Source: an uncultured Gammaproteobacteria bacterium (GTDB lineage Bacteria > Patescibacteriota > Patescibacteriia > JACRDY01). From it: DNA of 64,000 nt. The position numbers were made by a program, and so were the translations under genes. The notes under the pieces were generated by a model, which did no database searches, was not told the origin of the DNA, and saw only the letters and a program-made list of their open reading frames with translations. The DNA lies in assembly GCA_964550465.1 (NCBI GenBank), contig CAZJZH010000001.1, positions 107-64,106 on the forward strand, written 5' to 3'. This document shows, one piece after another, positions 9,016 through 17,893 of this stretch (its first letter is position 1; every line of letters starts with the position of its first letter).

Positions 9016-9044
9016 AATTTAGCATATTTTGTAAATATTGTCAA
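9016..9044 (-). promoter_or_regulatory. Sigma70-type promoter, putative
   Basis: TTGACA-17 nt-TAAATT with an extended -10 TG. Confidence 0.55.
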
Positions 9045-9047
9045 CCA

Positions 9048-9069
9048 TCACACCTATGCATAGGTGTGA
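9048..9069. repeat. Perfect 22-bp palindrome
   Basis: TCACACCTATGCATAGGTGTGA equals its own reverse complement. Confidence 0.9.
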
Positions 9070-9173
9070 GGTTAAAATACTATACTCAAATATTGGACGA
9101 CAAGCAATATTTTTCATTCAATTTTAGGAAAAATTTCCCTTTTTCTCGGTATCTGTGATAGAATTGTCGTACT

Positions 9174-10655
9174 ATGGCCTATATCCCTACAATTGGCATG
9201 GAAATCCACTTCCATCTCAAGACCACATCAAAGATGTTCTGCGGCTGCGCCAACACCTACAGCAGCCAACCCAACGTCAATATCTGCCCCGTCTGTACCG
9301 GCCAGCCCGGTGCCCTGCCAGTGCCTAACCAACAAGCCATTGAGTGGATCGGCCTGATTGGCTTGGGGTTGAACTGTCAGCTGGCTGAGCAGTTTTCCTT
9401 TGAACGAAAAAATTATTTCTACCCGGACTTGCCCAAGGGTTACCAAATCACCTCTACCACTCACCCACCCTGCATCGGTGGTCACCTGATGGTGGGCCAG
9501 AAAAAAATTCGCGTTAATCATATTCACCTAGAAGAAGACACCGGCAGTCTCAAACACGACACCGCCGGCGTGACGCTAGTTGACCTTAACCGTTCTAGCG
9601 CCCCACTGGTGGAGCTGGTGACTGAGCCGGACATGACCAGCGGCTGGGAGGCCAAGACGTTTTGTAGTGAACTGCAGTTGATCTTGCGGACTCTGGAGGT
9701 AGCAGATGCTGACATGGAGAAAGGCCAGATGCGTTGTGAGGTCAATATCTCACTGCGCCCAGAAGGACAAGCAGAATTTGGTACCAAAGTGGAAATCAAA
9801 AACCTTAATTCTTTCCGAGCAGTGGAACGAGCGATTGAGTATGAAATCGAGCGACAAGCCGCTCTGCTAGACAAGGGTGAAACAGTCAGTCAGGAAACCC
9901 GCGGCTGGGATGAAAAACAGCAGCGGACCGTGGCTCAGCGCCGCAAAGAAGAGGCTCATGATTACCGCTACTTTCCTGAACCAGACATTCCCCCACTGAC
10001 CTTTGACCAAGCGCGCTATGAACAACTACGCGCCACCTTACCAGAATTACCAGCCGCCAAGCGGCAGCGCTTTATGGGTGAATACGGCTTTGCTGAAGAC
10101 GACGCCCGCATCTTAGCTAACGAGCCATCTCTGGCTGCTTTTACTGAAGCGGTGGTGTCTGAGCTGCAGGGCTGGCTGGAGAGCAGTGATGATACCAACA
10201 CACCAGGCGGTGATATCTGGCGAGACAACCAAGCGGCACTGAGTAAACTAGTTAGTGGCTGGATTACCTCTGAACTGTTTAAGATTATCAAAGACACTGG
10301 CATTGCTCTGGCAGACACTAAAGTGACGCCAGAAAACTTTGCTGAGTTTCTGACCCTAGTGTATCAGAAAAAAATTAACTCCTCGGCTGCGCAGCAAGTG
10401 CTGCAGTTGATGGTAGAAACCGGCCAAGACCCCAGCGATATTGTCGAGGCTGAAGGTTTAAGCCAACTCGATGACACTGCAGCACTGACCGCCGCTGTCC
10501 AAGCAGTCGTTGATGCCAACCCTGATCAAGTAGCGGCTTATAAGGGCGGTAAAGAAGCGTTGTTCAAATTTTTCGTCGGCCAAGTGATGAAAGAAACCAA
10601 GGGTCGGGCTAATCCGGAGGTGGTTGGTGAACTGCTGAAAAAAGCCCTGGGATAA
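9174..10655 (+). CDS. gatB: Asp-tRNA(Asn)/Glu-tRNA(Gln) amidotransferase subunit B
   Basis: IGMEIH, KMFC.C, RKNYFYPDLPKGYQI, HLEEDTG, MEKGQMRCEVN, DYRYFPEPD, GQVMK. Confidence 0.98.
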   Translation: MAYIPTIGMEIHFHLKTTSKMFCGCANTYSSQPNVNICPVCTGQPGALPVPNQQAIEWIGLIGLGLNCQLAEQFSFERKNYFYPDLPKGYQITSTTHPPCIGGHLMVGQKKIRVNHIHLEEDTGSLKHDTAGVTLVDLNRSSAPLVELVTEPDMTSGWEAKTFCSELQLILRTLEVADADMEKGQMRCEVNISLRPEGQAEFGTKVEIKNLNSFRAVERAIEYEIERQAALLDKGETVSQETRGWDEKQQRTVAQRRKEEAHDYRYFPEPDIPPLTFDQARYEQLRATLPELPAAKRQRFMGEYGFAEDDARILANEPSLAAFTEAVVSELQGWLESSDDTNTPGGDIWRDNQAALSKLVSGWITSELFKIIKDTGIALADTKVTPENFAEFLTLVYQKKINSSAAQQVLQLMVETGQDPSDIVEAEGLSQLDDTAALTAAVQAVVDANPDQVAAYKGGKEALFKFFVGQVMKETKGRANPEVVGELLKKALG

Positions 10656-10707
10656 TCTCCTCACCACCTTTTAAAAAACCTCTTCGCTATTTTTACTCTG
10701 AGGTTTT

Positions 10708-11073
10708 TTACGTTACTTTTGGGGCAAAAGGTTTCTTTCGCCACTTTTGACAGCAAAAGTGGCCAAAACTGCCGGGTCCGCCGTAGGCGGATTCGCCCCG
10801 GACCCCATATGATTTCACCTATACTCTCTTAAAGCTATAAAAGTAACTCTGTTTCACAGTGCTCTGGGGTCTGGGGGAAACATCCCGCCCGAAGCTCGCC
10901 TCTGGGCGGGTAGGCGCCCTGAGCCCCAAAATGAGCGCGCCGGCCCGCACTTCGTTCCGCTGTACGGAACTACGGCGGGTAAAGAGGCGGCTTACCTGTA
11001 GGCTTTCTTGTCCGCCGAATCCTGCGAAGCAGGAGAAGGCGGATGGTTACTTTTGACCTCAAAAGTAACGTAA
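10708..11073. mobile_element. Non-coding TIR-bounded palindromic element (MITE-like), putative
   Basis: 14-bp perfect inverted ends TTACGTTACTTTTG / CAAAAGTAACGTAA; three ACTTTTG-N3/4-CAAAAG hairpins; several GC-rich internal hairpins; no credible ORF. Confidence 0.55.
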
Positions 11074-11081
11074 GAAAGTGG

Positions 11082-11999
11082 TTACTGCAAAAAATTTTTA
11101 ACCACCGCCTGCGCTGCTACAAAATCCTCCACCCAGACAATATCCCTATCTCGCTTAAACCAGGTCAGCTGTCGCTTGGCAAAACGGCGGATATCAATCT
11201 CCAAGTGCGTTACCATGTCCTCATACGACAACTCTTTTTTAAGATAGCGGGCCAACCAGCGATACTCCAAACCAAACTCCTCCATGCGCTTCCAGGACAG
11301 TCCCGCTTGATGTAACCGCTGTGCTTCCTCTACCATATCCTGGTGCTCTAGACGATGCATCAAACGATCATGAATCCGCTGACGTAACACCAGCGGTGGT
11401 AAGCGTAAGCCAATTTTACAAAAAGTATAGGGCGGCGCCTGACGATGTCTTTGAAATGACTGTGGCTGCCCAGAAGTGTAATAAATCTCCAGCGCCCGCT
11501 GCACTCGCCGACGATTATGCTGATCAATACTGTGCCAGCTGTCTGGATCAACTTGTTTCAACACTGCCAATAACTGTGGCAGTGTTTTTTTATCCAATCG
11601 CTGTCTGACCTGTTGTTTATCGGCCGTCTCAGTCGGAAACTGATAGCCTTCCACCACTGCGCTGACATACAACCCCGTCCCACCGACCAGCAGTGGCAGT
11701 TTGCCGCGCTGGAGGATATCTTCAATGGCCTGATAGGCTTTTTCTTGATACTGCTCAACAGTAAAATCAGCCTGAGGATTAACAATATCAATCAGGTGAT
11801 GCACCACCTCCTGCTGCTGATACTCTGCTAAATCTTTACCAGTACCCACATCCATGCCGCGGTAGACTTGCCGCGAATCCGCTGAAATAATTTCGCCATT
11901 ATATTGCCGCGCCACATCAATAGCTAAACTGGTCTTACCACTGGCAGTTGAGCCGACAATCACCACTACTTTGTCTGTATTACTCTGTATTTTCGTCAT
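11082..11999 (-). CDS. miaA: tRNA dimethylallyltransferase
   Basis: GSTASGKT, ISADSRQVYRGMDVGTGK, VGGTGLY, RRVQRALE, FAKRQLTWF. Confidence 0.97.
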   Translation of the reverse strand: MTKIQSNTDKVVVIVGSTASGKTSLAIDVARQYNGEIISADSRQVYRGMDVGTGKDLAEYQQQEVVHHLIDIVNPQADFTVEQYQEKAYQAIEDILQRGKLPLLVGGTGLYVSAVVEGYQFPTETADKQQVRQRLDKKTLPQLLAVLKQVDPDSWHSIDQHNRRRVQRALEIYYTSGQPQSFQRHRQAPPYTFCKIGLRLPPLVLRQRIHDRLMHRLEHQDMVEEAQRLHQAGLSWKRMEEFGLEYRWLARYLKKELSYEDMVTHLEIDIRRFAKRQLTWFKRDRDIVWVEDFVAAQAVVKNFLQ

Positions 12000-12044
12000 A
12001 TACCTTAGCAGTATAGGTAAATGCCAGCTTTTACACAATCGATA

Positions 12045-12073
12045 TTGACAAAATTTTATAATGCTGTTATACT
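12045..12073 (+). promoter_or_regulatory. Strong sigma70 promoter of the DEAD-box helicase
   Basis: TTGACA-17 nt-TATACT with an extended -10 TG. Confidence 0.8.
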
Positions 12074-12179
12074 TGGGTCATTATTCGATTCGCCTATGCG
12101 AATCATCGACTCGAATCTTTTCTGCGTCATACCGCTCCGGTGATCACGATAAGAACCTTGGGTCACCCTAATACAACGT

Positions 12180-13454
12180 ATGACAACGAAACACACCCCT
12201 GGTGTTGACTCCCCTCGGTTTACGGACCTGGGCTTGGCACCATCACTCTTGGCTATTTTAGCCAAACTGAAATTTACTACTCCCACGCCGATTCAGCACC
12301 AAGCCATTCCCGCTGTGCTGACCGGTAAAGACATTGTCGGTATCGCCCAAACGGGTACCGGCAAGACGTTGGCGTTTGGCTTGCCAATGCTACAACAACT
12401 GAGCAAACTAAAAGGGCAAGGCCTGATTTTGCTCCCTACTCGTGACTTGGCCTTACAAGTTGATGAGGTACTGAAAAAAATTGGTAAAGCCGCTGGTCTC
12501 AAAACAGCAGTTATCATTGGTGGAGCCAACATGAAGAAACAGATTCGTGACTTGGCGGGCCGACCACATGTGATTATTGCCACACCCGGTCGACTGATTG
12601 ATCACTTGGAACAACAGACGGTTAGCCTGAAGCTAGTCAAGGTAGCAGTGCTCGATGAAGCAGACCGCATGTTTGACATTGGCTTCATGCCACAAATCAA
12701 ACGAATTCTTGAAGCTACCCCTACACAACGACAGACCCTGCTATTCTCTGCTACTATGCCGCCAGCCGTGGCGCAGTTAGCTGCCAAATACATGAAAACC
12801 CCGTTTCGGATTGAAGTGGCACCGGCTGGGCAAGCTTCAAAAAATGTGGAACAGGAAATTTTTGTGGTCTGGAAAGAAGATAAACTGACTCTGTTGCGAA
12901 AAATTGTAACGGAAAATAAGGGTACGATTTTGATTTTTACCCGCACTAAATATGGCGCTAAGAAAACCGCTGCGGCCCTGCGGTCACTCAAACAGACAGC
13001 AGTAGAGATTCACTCTAATCGTTCGCTGGCGCAGCGACGAGATGCCTTAGACGGCTTTAAATCTGGCAAGTACCGGATCATGGTAGCCACTGACATTGCT
13101 GCTCGTGGGATTGATGTTGATGGCATCTCTCTGGTAATTAATTTTGACCTACCAGAACAATCCGAAGACTACGTCCACCGTATTGGTCGGACTGGTCGGG
13201 CTAGCCACTTTGGTAAAGCCATCTCCTTTGTCACGCCAGACCAGCACGCTGATGTGAAACAGATTGAAAAACTGATTGATCAGACGCTCAGTATCACTGC
13301 CCTCCCAGACGACATCCGGCCGGCAAAATTTCCTGATATTTCTGCCAACCAATCCGGTCGACGCCGCCGTGGCCAGGTTGGTCGTAACAGCTACCGCAGC
13401 CCGGGCAATGCTCGGCGCCGCTCGGCTGGCCGACCCTCACGCCGTCGCCGCTAA
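12180..13454 (+). CDS. DEAD-box RNA helicase (RhlE-like)
   Basis: Q motif PTPIQ, AQTGTGKT, PTRDLA, TPGRL, DEAD, SAT, ARGID, HRIGRTGR; basic C-terminal tail. Confidence 0.97.
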   Translation: MTTKHTPGVDSPRFTDLGLAPSLLAILAKLKFTTPTPIQHQAIPAVLTGKDIVGIAQTGTGKTLAFGLPMLQQLSKLKGQGLILLPTRDLALQVDEVLKKIGKAAGLKTAVIIGGANMKKQIRDLAGRPHVIIATPGRLIDHLEQQTVSLKLVKVAVLDEADRMFDIGFMPQIKRILEATPTQRQTLLFSATMPPAVAQLAAKYMKTPFRIEVAPAGQASKNVEQEIFVVWKEDKLTLLRKIVTENKGTILIFTRTKYGAKKTAAALRSLKQTAVEIHSNRSLAQRRDALDGFKSGKYRIMVATDIAARGIDVDGISLVINFDLPEQSEDYVHRIGRTGRASHFGKAISFVTPDQHADVKQIEKLIDQTLSITALPDDIRPAKFPDISANQSGRRRRGQVGRNSYRSPGNARRRSAGRPSRRRR

Positions 13455-13459
13455 GCCTC

Positions 13460-13491
13460 AAAAATCATCCGTCTCGGCGGATGATTTTTTT
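13460..13491. terminator. Intrinsic terminator (bidirectional)
   Basis: AAAAATCATCCGTC-tc-GGCGGATGATTTTTTT. Confidence 0.85.
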
Positions 13492-13592
13492 GATCCTATC
13501 TTATTTATTGTGATTTTCTCCGAGCTTGCCCGTCATAGCTCACGGGTTCGCCAACAGCGCTGCGTACAGTTGTTCAGGCTAGCGACTTCGGC

Positions 13593-13763
13593 TTAGGCTA
13601 CTGGTCGCGAGGAGCGACGGCGAGCCTTACCAATACTGCCGGCATACTGTTTATTGTGCTGCTGGCGTAGCTGCTGGGCAGCCCGAGTGGCGCCTTTGGG
13701 CTGCTGAGTGGCTTTACGGCGTTGCTGAGCGCGACGGTCTGCCTTGGTCTGGGCTGCTGACAT
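13593..13763 (-). CDS. Small basic hypothetical protein, 56 aa (not in the ORF track)
   Basis: ATG 2 nt after the upstream stop; MSAAQTKADRRAQQRRKATQQPKGATRAAQQLRQQHNKQYAGSIGKARRRSSRPVA. Confidence 0.5.
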   Translation of the reverse strand: MSAAQTKADRRAQQRRKATQQPKGATRAAQQLRQQHNKQYAGSIGKARRRSSRPVA

Positions 13764-13765
13764 AG

Positions 13766-14680
13766 TTATTCAAATAATTGACGCGTTTCTTCCAACGCTT
13801 GTTGAGCATCACGCTGCTGCTGGGCAGCCCGCCACTGCTCTACCTGAGCTGAGACTTCCTTATAGGTCCCACCAATAAACTCTGTCCGCTCAATCCGTTT
13901 AATAGTGACTGGTTCTGGCTCAAAGGTCAGCCAGTGCTCAACAATAGCCTGCCGACTAGCTGTGCTGATGCTGGCAAAGTCTGTGTCGATATCAGCTACC
14001 GTGTCAGTCACTGCCTGCTGGCCGACTGTAAACAATTCAGCTAATTGCGTAGCCAAATCTAATTCTAGTAGCCGCCGGACCCAATCACTTTCTCCCCCGG
14101 CTCGACTGAGCAAGGCGTCAACCACTAGTTCTTCTGTGCTTGTAGTAGTAGTGACTATAGTTAACTCATCAAAGGTGGTCTGCAGCGCTGCTGCCGTCGC
14201 CGCGTTGAGCGCCTCATCATCGACTGGTGTTGCCGCCACACTACGGAGTCCGTACTGCCGGTCAACCTGGCCAGCCACATACTGCTCCAGCAATTGCTGG
14301 CGTGTTACCTCATCACGTAGCTGCTCTTGCGCCGCCATGATATCGGCGGTCAAATCAGCTGACTGTCGTTGATAGACTGCCAAGGCCTGGGCGCTGGCGG
14401 TCAGTGTTTTTTGATCAGCTGGAGCGGCAAATAATGCCTCGACTTCTGCCACCCGCTGCGCCAGTTGCTCTTGGCGAACCGTAGCCCGAGACAGCGCATC
14501 GGGCTGAAACCACAGCTGCACGCCTCGCCACCATTCTTTGATCGGATAGAGGGCGCTGGTTGGCAAAAGACCAGCATCGGTCGATTGCCCCGCTGCTGCG
14601 TTCACACTACTGCTCAGACCGAGCAGTAGTACTACTAAGAGCGTGCTAACTAGTTTTATCTGCCATTTGTTGTTGTACAT
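13766..14680 (-). CDS. Secreted helical protein, DUF5667-like
   Basis: Signal peptide then AGLLPTSALYPIKEWW...QRVAE motif; start uncertain, overlaps the thrS 3' end. Confidence 0.7.
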   Translation of the reverse strand: MYNNKWQIKLVSTLLVVLLLGLSSSVNAAAGQSTDAGLLPTSALYPIKEWWRGVQLWFQPDALSRATVRQEQLAQRVAEVEALFAAPADQKTLTASAQALAVYQRQSADLTADIMAAQEQLRDEVTRQQLLEQYVAGQVDRQYGLRSVAATPVDDEALNAATAAALQTTFDELTIVTTTTSTEELVVDALLSRAGGESDWVRRLLELDLATQLAELFTVGQQAVTDTVADIDTDFASISTASRQAIVEHWLTFEPEPVTIKRIERTEFIGGTYKEVSAQVEQWRAAQQQRDAQQALEETRQLFE

Positions 14681-16397
14681 GGGCAATAAAGTCTGCTTGA
14701 CTGTATTCTACCATGTCTTGCTGGCCACGCACACGGACCGCCAATGGTCCGCCGCCAGCTTCCTTGTCACCAATCACCAGCGTGTAGGGCAATTTCTGCT
14801 GCTCAGCATTGCGAATTTTCTTACCAACCGTCTCATCGCTATCATCAACCTCTGCCCGCAGACCAGCCGCTCGTAGTGTGTCGGCCAATTGTTGAGCAAA
14901 CGCGCTATGCGCTTCACTGACCGTAGCCAGCCGCACCTGCACCGGTGCCATCCAGACCGGAAAGGCGCCGGCGTGATGCTCAATAATAATAGACAAGAAT
15001 CGCTCCAGTGAACCCATAATCGCCGCGTGAATCATCACCACCCGCTCTTTATCACCCTGCTCATTAATACAGTGCAAATCAAAGCGCTCCGGCATGTTCA
15101 TATCTAACTGAATCGTTGCTACCTGCCAAGTGCGACCCAGCGAGTCCTTAGCAATGAAGTCAACCTTAGGACCGTAAAAAGCAGCTTCCCCAGGATTTTC
15201 TACAAACGCTACTCCCCGTTCGGTGGCTAGCTGACGAATCTGCTCTTCGGCCGCCTGCCATTCTTGCGGTGTGCCCAGATAGGCCGCAAAATTTTCCGGA
15301 TCATGGAGCGATAATTCCACTGCTAATTCTTCAAAGCCAACTGCCTTGTAAAAAGTATCAACAATATCCCAAATAGCCAGAAACTCTTCCTTGACCTGTC
15401 CTTGGCGACAGAAGACATGAGCATCATCTTGGGTAATACAACGGACCCGAGACAAGCCGGATAGCTCACCAGTCTGCTCGTCACGATAGACCATGGTGGT
15501 GTTGGCATAGCGCTGTGGCATGTCGCGATAACTATGTGGGTGGCGGTCAAAAATCTGGGTGTGGTGCGGACAGTTCATCGGCTTGAGGGCAAATTCGTGA
15601 TCTTCACGAGTTTTAATGCGGAATAACTCATCAGCAAACTTCTGCCAGTGACCACTGGTTTCATACAAATCCTTCTTAGTAATGTGTGGAATCTCTACTT
15701 TGTGATAACCACGAGCTGAGCGCAGTTCCCAGACATAGTCATCTAGGATAGTTCGTAACAGCATGCCTTTCGGCGTCCACAGCGGTAATCCCGGCCCGAC
15801 TAAATCAGAAAAGACAAACAAGTCTAATGTCTTGCCGAGCTTGCGGTGATCGCGCTTCTCTGCTTCTGCTCGCTGATCCAAGTACGCTTGTAATTCTTCT
15901 TTGGTCGCAAAGGCTAAGCCATAGATGCGAGTCAACATAGCCTTACTCTCATCACCACGCCAGTAGGCACCGGCCACCGTGTCGAGCTTAAAGGCAGCTG
16001 CTTTCAATTCCCCGCCATCTTCGACGTGTGGCCCTTTACATAAATCAACAAAATCACCCGAGGTGTACAGCGACACTGTCTCCTCCCCGGCCGCGGCCAA
16101 CTCTTCGATCAGCTCCAACTTATACGGCTGCTGGGCAAACAATGTCCGCGCTTCGTCCAAACTGACTGTTGAGTGCTCAAAGCTGATACCTTGATTGACA
16201 ATTTTCTGCATAGCTTTTTGCAGCTTTGGTAAATCATCCGCGCCCAGCGCTTGCGGCAACTCAAAGTCATAATAAAAACCCGTGTCGATGGCCGGACCAA
16301 TAGCTAATTTGGCATCGGGAAACTGCTGCAACACTGCCATAGCCATGACATGTGACAGTGAATGACGAACGCGTCCAATTGATGATGTATCTGACAT
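14646..16397 (-). CDS. thrS: Threonine--tRNA ligase
   Basis: RHSLSH, GFYYDF, DLCKGPH, GAYWRGD, RDHRKLG, KPMNCPHH, AFYGPK, GSLERF. Confidence 0.98.
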   Translation of the reverse strand: MSDTSSIGRVRHSLSHVMAMAVLQQFPDAKLAIGPAIDTGFYYDFELPQALGADDLPKLQKAMQKIVNQGISFEHSTVSLDEARTLFAQQPYKLELIEELAAAGEETVSLYTSGDFVDLCKGPHVEDGGELKAAAFKLDTVAGAYWRGDESKAMLTRIYGLAFATKEELQAYLDQRAEAEKRDHRKLGKTLDLFVFSDLVGPGLPLWTPKGMLLRTILDDYVWELRSARGYHKVEIPHITKKDLYETSGHWQKFADELFRIKTREDHEFALKPMNCPHHTQIFDRHPHSYRDMPQRYANTTMVYRDEQTGELSGLSRVRCITQDDAHVFCRQGQVKEEFLAIWDIVDTFYKAVGFEELAVELSLHDPENFAAYLGTPQEWQAAEEQIRQLATERGVAFVENPGEAAFYGPKVDFIAKDSLGRTWQVATIQLDMNMPERFDLHCINEQGDKERVVMIHAAIMGSLERFLSIIIEHHAGAFPVWMAPVQVRLATVSEAHSAFAQQLADTLRAAGLRAEVDDSDETVGKKIRNAEQQKLPYTLVIGDKEAGGGPLAVRVRGQQDMVEYSQADFIAHVQQQMADKTS

Positions 16398-16414
16398 ATA
16401 GTAAACAATATAAT

Positions 16415-16610
16415 AAAAATCCTCATCCCACAGCCGCACTACCACGTAATAATGATACTGCGTTGGGACGAGGATTTCCCCGCGGTTCCACCCAACGTTC
16501 CTCCCGTCAAACGGAAGACACTTGGTTGCTACTCCAGTCAGCTTAGGTCTGTGACGATTCCTGTTGTGCTAGAACCAGGTGCTTGGTAGGCACCTCAATC
16601 ACTACTGGAA
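16415..16610 (-). promoter_or_regulatory. T-box riboswitch (Thr), transcriptional
   Basis: Antiterminator CGTTGGG-TGGAACC-GCGGGG-aaat-CCTCGT-CCCAACG; mutually exclusive terminator AAATCCTCGTCCCA...TGGGATGAGGATTTTT; stem III CTTCCGT/ACGGGAG; candidate ACC specifier at 16546-16548. Confidence 0.85.
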
Positions 16611-16644
16611 GCTATAGTGTAGTGTAATCTGTTGGCGCTAATTG

Positions 16645-17838
16645 TCAAGAGTCTGTGCCCGTGACGCGGATATCGATATGATCAAGCAGTTGCGGTACGC
16701 GATTGACCCAGAATGGGAAGAAGCGGACGCGAACTGACTCCACTCCTGCCACCTCAGCGAAATGCTGGTAGACTTCTGCCTCGGTCAGCCCCTTCAAGCG
16801 GTCTTTGGCGAAGGCTTCGCTGTTCAACCGGATAACTGACTGGCCACTGAGTGAGGCTTCAACGGTGGCTGTTTGATTGGCCACATCAATAGCAACAATG
16901 TCGTAGGTTAACTGGTCATAATTGACATCCAGCAGCTGCTGATCGTCTGGTAAACTGTTACGCAGCTGTCGTTCCATGGTGCGGATTAGTGCTTCGCGAT
17001 CAAAGAACACTCCTTCAGCTGTAGCAGTCACCTCCAGGCTAAATTGCTCCACCTGGTCACCAACTGCCGCGCTGGCAGTCTGTTCAATTGGCGCCATGGT
17101 AACCGCGTGCGCCACCTTACTGTCTACCCCCAGTTCACTCAGTACCTGCGCCTCCAACTGCTCGAGTAGTTTCTGTTCAGCAGTGGTGATATCTGATTCT
17201 GCTACCGCTGGTAAACGGCTCTGCCCTAGGGCAATATCGCTAACTGCTTCAGCATAAATGTCTTCTTGGAGCGGCACCCACAGACCAGGGATACTAAAAC
17301 GGGTGCCAGCCGCTATGGTCTTACCTTCTAACTGCGCCGGGTCATCGGCATAGACTGCCACTTCAGCTGACTGACCAACCGGCACATCAACCCGATCAAC
17401 AATGCGTAGTAACGTACCATCATCAGCTAACAAGCGAGTGGTAGCCACCAGTGGCTGTGGTCGGCGGTAGTTATTGACAATCGTTACACGGCCGACAGTG
17501 TCGCTGTCCGCGGCCACAGAACCAGTAGCCTCAAACTGTTGCTGACCAGTTACTTGGCGGTCAAAAAAGGCGCCTGGTAATTGGTCATCGGCTAACTGCC
17601 CATCGCTATCCCCCACCACACTGATAGTGGTAGTGGTATTGACAGTCTGCGGCTGCGGTACCACAGAGATCGTGGCTGAGACAAATGAGAAGTAGAGAAT
17701 CAAAACAATCAACAGCGCGGTGATGATAACAAAACTGACCACTACCTTACGATACAGGTGTAACGAAGGTACTGTGTGGGGTACTTTTTGCTTAGGAGTA
17801 CGCTTGGGCGCGTTAGATTTTGGCGCGGTACGCGGCAT
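16645..17838 (-). CDS. Membrane-anchored protein, baseplate-J-like CPR family (putative)
   Basis: Single TM, then ATISVVP, F.ATG, G.VTIVN, LVATTRL, G.RFSIPGL and C-terminal PFWVNRVP motifs of a conserved CPR family. Confidence 0.65.
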   Translation of the reverse strand: MPRTAPKSNAPKRTPKQKVPHTVPSLHLYRKVVVSFVIITALLIVLILYFSFVSATISVVPQPQTVNTTTTISVVGDSDGQLADDQLPGAFFDRQVTGQQQFEATGSVAADSDTVGRVTIVNNYRRPQPLVATTRLLADDGTLLRIVDRVDVPVGQSAEVAVYADDPAQLEGKTIAAGTRFSIPGLWVPLQEDIYAEAVSDIALGQSRLPAVAESDITTAEQKLLEQLEAQVLSELGVDSKVAHAVTMAPIEQTASAAVGDQVEQFSLEVTATAEGVFFDREALIRTMERQLRNSLPDDQQLLDVNYDQLTYDIVAIDVANQTATVEASLSGQSVIRLNSEAFAKDRLKGLTEAEVYQHFAEVAGVESVRVRFFPFWVNRVPQLLDHIDIRVTGTDS

Positions 17839-17893
17839 AGGCAACAATAGAATTGATTATCACTCTTACTATACAATATTTAGCTACGAGCGT

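Noticed and set aside
10859-11056. 65-aa ORF in the gatB-miaA gap
   Set aside because: Translation of palindromic repeat sequence; GTG start, no recognisable protein features.
16398-16445. N-terminal extension of ThrS in the ORF track
   Set aside because: It overlaps the T-box terminator; the ATG at 16397 fits the family start.
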